Of a DNA stretch of 64,000 nucleotides, positions 56,839 to 64,000 are shown piece by piece (positions within the stretch are counted from its first letter, which is position 1; each line of letters starts with the position of its first letter). The notes under the pieces are model-generated. The model worked only from the letters and a program-made list of their open reading frames with translations, had not been told where the DNA came from and made no database searches. This stretch comes from Eledone cirrhosa (Eukaryota), in NCBI GenBank assembly GCA_964016885.1, contig OZ024744.1, positions 58,962,001 through 59,026,000 on the forward strand, in the 5' to 3' direction. Made by a program: the position numbers and the translations under genes.

Positions 56839-58349
56839 GTTTTAGCAGCATAGCATATAAATGTTATTGAGACACGAGTAACATAATAATGTCAACAACA
56901 GAAATTAGAGATGAAATGTATGTTTATTTTTGTTGTAGCACAAATAATGTTTGTTAACCTGTATGGTTGAAGTTACACATAAAATGAGGTTACAAAAGGG
57001 AATGTGCCATTGTGCCAGACCCAAGGAAAGCCGGCAGGCCAAAGTGCAAAATCTCACCGTTACATGTTGGCTAGTGATTTCACGACGAAAGAAAGTTAGT
57101 TGTTTACCTTTTCACAGTCAGGAAGCGAGAGAGTGATTCTTCAAATCAAAGTGGGAATTTTTCCCTCAAGGCGCGTAGAGATACATTCTCTTCTACTGGC
57201 GCTGATTGGCTGAGCTGAGCCAAATCACGCACAGAGAATGTATGTGAGCCTGCAGAATGTAAGTCACTACACATCCTTGATAAGGTTATACTAAGCTAAC
57301 ATGCCAAATCTTTTTTTTTTCAGGTTGAACGTTCAGGCTGCTACAGCACTTTAAACACTACCAGTCATACACATCTTGTCACAGTTGACTGGTTCCACAA
57401 TGGACTCAGGATGTGAGGACAACTCAGATGCTCAATATGCAATAAAGTTTTGTGTCAAGCTTGGCAATAACACTGAAGAAACCTATGAAATGGTCTAAAC
57501 TGCTTACTGACTAACTTTTATGAGCTGGGTGACTGTTTTCTGCTGGCAAAAGGTTCCAGGAAGGTAGGGAGCAGGTGAGGGATGATGAGAGGTGTGGCAG
57601 GGAGAAGAGGACCACCATGCATCTCTTCTGACAATTGTTAAACAATTTGAAGTGGCTGAGGACAGTGTGCAAAGTTTGTTCCCAGGGTGCTCAATGAAGA
57701 TCAAAGGCAGAGGTGCATTGATGACAGCAGGGAGATGGTTGAGTGGATCACTTCAAATCCAAGTGTCCTTGAGTCTCCGGTAACCTGTGATGAGAGCTGG
57801 GTCTATTGTTATGATCCAGAGACCAAAAGATAGAGTACTCAGTGGAAATATTCTGACTAGAGTTTTGTGTTGATCTGAGTTAAATAAATGTCACTCTGAT
57901 AAGACCCCTTGAGTGTACGTTGTGCAGTTAACCACCTTTATAGTTATGAAATAGTGAACCTTTGTAGATTAATATTAAGTTTACATATCCATTCAGAATA
58001 CATTTTGATATATCAGCATAAACAACTAGGGTGTTCTCCCCTCTAGTGTTGATTAATAAGTACTTGGGAGATATCAGCACTTCATTTGAGTAACAATTGT
58101 GTATACTAAAAAATCAGGTGGAAAAAGCTGCATATCTACTGAACCTAACTCTGGGTTTAAAATACTAAGTATTGAATCCAAAATATTGTAAACATAAAGT
58201 GTGACTTATCTATCATTGTGACTAATATATGAGAATATATGCTATATATTTTTCTCATACAAAACTGATATAGTTCCTCTTAAGTCATAAGAAATTCAAA
58301 AATAAAGTGAGTAAGGAGAAAGAGCAGGAGGAATAACTTTACCACTTAC

Positions 58350-58484
58350 TTTTTTCACACCTTTTACCATAATAACCTGTAGCAATACATTCACATTTGA
58401 ATGTTCGTCTTCTACCTGGACGTTTTATTTGACAACACACTCCACTATGTTTACACCTTCCTTTTGGACACAACCAGTCTTCAC
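58350..58484 (-). CDS. Internal exon encoding one EGF-like domain (gene unidentified)
   Basis: Acceptor ttttgtttttcag, donor gtaagt, 135 bp, phase 1-1. EDWLCPKGRCKHSGVCCQIKRPGRRRTFKCECIATGYYGKRCEK has EGF cysteine spacing. Confidence 0.85.
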
Positions 58485-58754
58485 CTGAAAAACAAAACCA
58501 CACTGACAAATGAGATTTATCCATCCATCCATGGGCCCTCAACCTCTGCTAGACTTGTAGAGGTGCTGTTGTGATATACAGTATGTCTTGGGTATATAAA
58601 TCTGGTGGAGCCCAACCCTTTCAAGGATTTATGTCAAATGGAACAAAACCGTATAATCCATGCTAGCGTGGAAGATGGACATTAAAAGATGATGATTAAA
58701 GCGGACGTAAAACGAAATGATGATGAAAATGATATATATATATATATATATATA

Positions 58755-59090
58755 TCATTTTCATCATCATTTCGTTTTACATCTGCTTTTCCCTGCTTGC
58801 AAGGGTGGGACGGGATTCTGGCTTGCTTTCTACAGCTGGATGCCCTTCCTAACACCAACCTCATTTACAGTGAGTGGTGGGTGCTTTTTTTTCGTGGCAC
58901 CTACACGTCCACTTTACAGTGGAATGATAGGGACCCCAGTCCCTATCATCTCATTTCTACAGCTGAGTAAACTGCAGCAATGTGAAATAAAGTGTCTTGC
59001 TCAAGGAAACAACACATCACCCGCTCTGAGAATTGAACTCACAACCTTTCGATTGCAAGGCCAATGCTCTAACCACTAAGCCATGTGCCT

Positions 59091-59092
<2 letters not shown>
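58755..59092 (-). mobile_element. Full-length composite SINE: tRNA head, CORE-like domain, hairpin, RTE-derived tail
   Basis: Minus strand A box TGGCTTAGTGG, B box GAGTTCAATTC, ccttgagcaagacacttt, hairpin atgatagggac/gtccctatcat, tail shared with the RTE 3' UTR, (GAT)n end. Confidence 0.9.
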
Positions 59093-59350
<258 letters not shown>

Positions 59351-59679
59351 TATGTACAGATTAAAGTTTAAGCAAAGAATCGCCACTTGCACCCTTTTAC
59401 AGGATATGATATATATATATGTATACAATCCTTATCAAGCCCTCTTTGGATTTTAGTCTTCACATATATTATTACTGTATATATATATATATATGGTTAC
59501 TCCCGATTAAACCCGGGATACACATATCTATCTATCTCTCACTCTCTCTCTCTATATATATATATAAATTATGTTATTATGTTAGTAACATGTGGTTACT
59601 TGCAGTGATACTGGTCAAAACACTCGATGCTGATACGGGGTCTGTCTCACTCTTGTTTAAGGCAGCTGTAGTTTGCAGA

Positions 59680-59710
<31 letters not shown>

Positions 59711-59714
<4 letters not shown>

Positions 59715-59940
59715 CAATAAGAAGTCAGATTTCCAGGTTGTTATAAAACTTTATTGCATATGACAACTGTTTTGATATCAATCAGCTGGGACCACCCATG
59801 TAAACTCACATATCTAAAGAGGTGGCGATTAAGAGTTGGGATCCAATCGCCTGATCAAACCCAAGCTGATCAATATCGAAACAGTTGTAATATGCAATAA
59901 AGTTTCATAACAAGCTGCAAATCTGACTTCTTATTGTCAC
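59711..59940 (+). mobile_element. 230-bp inverted-repeat element in (TA)n containing a decayed hammerhead; probable PLE pseudo-LTR remnant
   Basis: About 77-bp imperfect terminal inverted arms; catat-CTAAAGA...GAAAC-agtt-GTA-atatg at 59809-59894. Confidence 0.65.
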
Positions 59941-59943
59941 TAG

Positions 59944-60017
<74 letters not shown>

Positions 60018-61050
60018 ATCTATAGAAGTGTGAGAAGCTCAGAGGCAGAAATAACTGTAAAACCGCCAGTTGTTATCATAGCATAGAAATTTGGGTAAAA
60101 TACCCCAAGGATGGAAAAAAGTGGTCAGTTGCAGCCAATGAACTCAAAACCATCTAGGAATGGCAGCAAGTGGCTGTGAGAGAAGAAGGAAAAGTTAGGA
60201 GGGAGAGAGAGAAAAGCAGACAGATATAGAAATAGAAAATGCATTGTTACCTCATCAGTTTCCAGCTATCTGAACAGTATTGTGTGGTATTGGAAGTACC
60301 ATTCATTTTACAATAGTTTGCCCAGCAGAACATAAATATATCAGCTTAAAACCTTTAAAACTCCCACAGTGAGACTAATGTATGATTATTGTACATAAAT
60401 ATATTGTATATGTTTTCATATACACCTCTAATATCTGGGGAGAGGAATAATTGATCCCAGTACTAGACTTCTACTTTATTTGTGAACCTTGAAAAAACAA
60501 AAAAGTCAAGTTGATGTCCGTGGTATCTGAACACATATCCAACATTTTAATGACTGTCAATTCACCTCCTTAAGAAAATGAGATAAGCAAGGTCAAAATT
60601 TGATTTTGAAATGAAAGGCACTCAGCTCAAATGGAAAGTATTTCAAATTGCATGAAGAGGAATTTTAACAAAGGAAGGACTTATCAAAAAAATGTTAGAG
60701 AGGGAATTGAAACTTGGGAAGAATAATTTACAAAAGAAGAAGAAAAAGACATTCTAAACTGTGATAACTGTAATAATGGTTGGTCACTATAAATTAATAG
60801 TTGAGCAGGTGACGAACACATAAAGATAGATAGAACAAAAATGGGACAGAAGCTAGAAGTATGAACACCTGGTTGACTTTAGCAACACAGGTACAAGTTA
60901 AAATTTGAAATGGAGTCACCTCAACATAATATATTAATGGTCAACCACTATACAGTTAAGAAAATTGGGTAAAGTAATACTGGAGATAGAATAAAGTAGA
61001 TAAAGGTGCCTTCAGCCCTTCATACATTGCAGGCACTTCTGTGCAGAGTG

Positions 61051-63186
61051 CAGTGAACTATATCACACTGTGGTACCTACTTACAGCTAGGTGGACTGTT
61101 GACAGTGGAGTGTCTTAGTTATAGACACAGTACAGTGAACTATATCACACTGTGGTACCTACTTACAGCTAGGTGGACTGTTGATAGTTAAGTATCTTGG
61201 TTATAGACACAGTACAGTGAACTATACCACACTGCGGTACCTACTTACAGTTAGGTGGACTGTTGACAGTAGAGTATCTTAGTTATGGACACAGTACAGT
61301 GAACTATACCACACTGTGGTACCTAATTACAGCTAGGTGGACTGTTGATAGTTAAGTATCTTGGTTATAGACACAGTACAGTGAACTATACCACACTGTG
61401 GTACCTACTTACAGCTAGGTGGACTGGACTGTTGACAGTTAAGTGTCTTGGTTATAGACACAGTGAACTATACCACACTGTGGTACCTACTTACAGCTAG
61501 GTGGACTGTTGACAGTGGATTATCTTGGTTATAGACACAGTACAGTGAACAATACCACACTGTGGTACCTACTTACAGCTAGGTGGATTGTTGACAGTTA
61601 AGTGTCTTGGTTATAGACGCAGTAGAGTGAACTATACCACACTGTGGTACCTACTTACAGCTAGGTGGACTGGACTGTTGACAGTTAAGTGTCTTGGTTA
61701 TAGACACAGCACAGTGAACTATACCACACTGTGGTACCTACTTACAGCTAGGTGGACTGTTGACAGTTAGGTGTCTTGGTTATAGACACAGTACAGTGAA
61801 CTATACCACACTGTGGTACCTACTTACAGCTAGGTGGACTGTTGACAGTTAAGTGTCTTGGTTATAGACACAGTACAGTGAACTATACCACACTGTGGTA
61901 CCTACTTACAGCTAGGTGGACTGTTGACAGTTAAGTGTCTTGGTTATAGACACAGTAGTGAACTATACCACACTGTGGTACCTACTTACAGCTAGGTGGA
62001 CTGGACTGTTGACAGTGGAGTATCTTGGTTATAGACACAGTCCAGTGAACTATACCACACTGTGGTACCTACTTACAGCTAGGTGGACTGTTGACAGTAG
62101 AGTATCTTGGTTATAGACACAGTACAGTGAACAATACCACACTGTGGTACCTACTTACAGCTAGGTGGACTGTTGACAGTTAAGTGTCTTGGTTATAGAG
62201 ACAGTACAGTGAACTATACCACACTGTGGTACCTACTTACAGCTAGGTGGACTGGACTGTTGACAGTTAAGTGTCTTGGTTATAGACACAGTACAGTGAA
62301 CTATACCATACTGCGGTACCTACTTACAACTAGGTGGACTGTTGACAGTTAAGTGTCTTGGTTATAGACACAGTACAGTGAACTATACCACACTGTGGTA
62401 CCTACTTACAGTTAGGTGGACTATTGACAGTTAAGTGTCTTGGTTATAGACACAGTACAGTGAACTATACCACACTGTGGTACCTACTTACAGCTAGGTG
62501 GACTGTTGACAGTTAAGTGTCTTAGTTATAGACACAGTACAGTGAACTATACCACAATGTGGTACCTACTTACAGCTAGGTGGACTGTTGACAGTTAAGT
62601 GTCTTGGTTATAGACACAGTACAGTGAACTATACCACACTGTGGTACCTACTTACAACTAGGTGGACTGTTGACAGTTAAGTGTCTTGGTTATAGACACA
62701 GTACAGTGAACTATACCACACTGTGGTACCTACTTACAGCTAGGTGGACTGTTGACAGTTAAGTGTCTTGGTTATAGACACAGTACAGTGAACTATACCA
62801 TACTGCGGTACCTACTTTCAGCTAGGTGGACTGTTGACAGTTAAGTGTCTTGGTTATAGACACAGTACAGTGAACTATACCCTACTGCGGTACCTACTTA
62901 CAGCTAGGTGGACTGTTGACAGTTAAGTGTCTTGGTTATAGACACAGTACAGTGAACTATACCATACTGTGGTACCTACTTACAGGTAGGTGGACTGTTG
63001 ACAGTTAAGTGTCTTGGTTATAGACACAGTACAGTGAACTATACCACACTGTGGTACCTACTTACAGCTAGGTGGACTGTTGACGGTTAAGTGTCTTGGT
63101 TATAGACATAGTACAGTGAACTATACCATACTGCGGTACCTACTTACAACTAGGTGGACTGTTTACAGTGGAATATCTTGGTTATA
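61051..63186. repeat. Tandem array of about 26 copies of an 82-bp unit
   Basis: Unit cagtgaactataccacactgtggtacctacttacagctaggtggactgttgacagttaagtgtcttggttatagacacagta; period 82 (61051 to 61133). Confidence 0.97.
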
Positions 63187-63459
63187 ATTTAACTAGCACA
63201 GGGCTTCATTTGTCTTAAATCCGAGACTAGATGTTACATATGTATGACGAGGAACTAATATAAAGTTCTCTGTTGGATTTGTGTCAATTAAAAACTTTGT
63301 GCTTGCAGAAATGAATCGTCACCTTGAAAATTGATCAGAAGGATCAAAGAGAGAGAGTTGAAAGTTTCCCCTCGAACGCAGATTGTTCCATACTGGTCAA
63401 TATCGCCAAAGTGGTCAAAGAGCTGAAACGAGTGCCGCAAAGCATTCTATCAGACGTTC

Positions 63460-63630
63460 TAATATAGGCACATGGCTAGCAATTTTAGGGAAAGGAGAAA
63501 GTCGATTATACTGACTCCAGTATTTGACTGCTACTTTATTTTATCAACCTCGAAGGAATGAAAGGCAAAGTTTACCTTGGTGAGATTTGAACTCAGAACG
63601 CAAAGAGCAGGAACAAACTCTCTAACGGCG
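63460..63630 (-). mobile_element. Meta-type tRNA SINE
   Basis: ttttatcaacctcgaaggaatgaaaggcaaag...gatttgaactcagaacg. Confidence 0.8.
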
Positions 63631-63789
63631 CCCTGTCAGTAAATTCACCGCACAAGCACGTGATTTTGTTTGAAAAAAACACATAAATTTGGTTGTTTTG
63701 CAACGAGTGTAGAGTTTCGTATCTGCTTGCTCTCGAGATTAAAAAAAAAAAAAATAAAATAAAATAAAATAAATAATAATAATAATAAT

Positions 63790-63826
<37 letters not shown>

Positions 63827-64000
63827 CATATATATGTGTATGGTGTCCCGTGAGTTTTAGGTAGGTTAATAACTTTTTTTCCTTTATAACAAATGATTCT
63901 AACACTATTGCATTTTGTTCCTTTTTTCTTATACACACTTTAATTGGCTGTTTCTTTTATTTTAGAATAGTATTTTTCAAACAAACAAGCTATTGTGAAG

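Larger units (their letters stand above)
55024..57271 (-). mobile_element. Structurally complete non-autonomous Gypsy-type (CsRn1-like) LTR retrotransposon
   Basis: Direct repeats 55024-55448 and 56841-57271, CATC target duplication, tRNA-Trp PBS, PPT, 1.4-kb interior without pol. Confidence 0.92.
54944..57860 (+). mobile_element. Degenerate mariner transposon split by the LTR element (54944-55023 and 57272-57860)
   Basis: TA-tgagg TIR-like start; QYAIKFCVKLGNNTEETYEMV*TAY and VTCDESWVYCYDPETKR*STQW. Confidence 0.8.

Noticed and set aside
55137-57136. Duplicated 61-aa ORFs
   Set aside because: Chance ORFs within the two LTRs.
61051-63186. CRISPR-like array
   Set aside because: The whole 82-bp unit repeats with no unique spacers, there are no cas genes, and the context is eukaryotic.
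63620-63745. CpG-enriched patch with CACGTG as a promoter
   Set aside because: Too short, and no linked exon or start site is visible.

Overview
AT-rich, repeat-saturated animal DNA. It is probably from an octopod cephalopod, inferred from the tRNA-derived Meta-/CORE-type SINE families, RTE LINEs and (TA)n/(TATATG)n expansions; it is not prokaryotic. Only two host exons are supportable: the terminal coding exon of ribose-phosphate pyrophosphokinase (PRPS; 43270-43362, +), which the ORF track misses, and a symmetric phase-1 EGF-domain exon (58350-58484, -) of an unidentified convergent gene. The rest is transposable-element DNA. It includes RTE LINEs with a PHD-like finger inside the RT, a structurally complete non-autonomous Gypsy-type LTR element with a tRNA-Trp PBS nested in a mariner, hAT, mariner, CRE and CR1 relics, piggyBac-type and Tc1-type MITEs, and an 82-bp SINE-like satellite. 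The most striking theme is a set of unrelated Penelope-like element (PLE) insertions. Each is embedded in (TA)n, each is built as an inverted repeat, and each carries a hammerhead-ribozyme-like core (6692, 21600-26341, 27531-30606, 59711; further stand-alone hammerhead motifs at 6511, 18806, 37507 and 38900). The largest encodes a nearly intact RT-GIY-YIG protein with a ~160-aa Asn-rich insert and an unusually long insertion between RT motifs A and B', where telomerase has its insertion-in-fingers domain. All calls come from reading the sequence by eye; boundaries of degenerate repeats are approximate.
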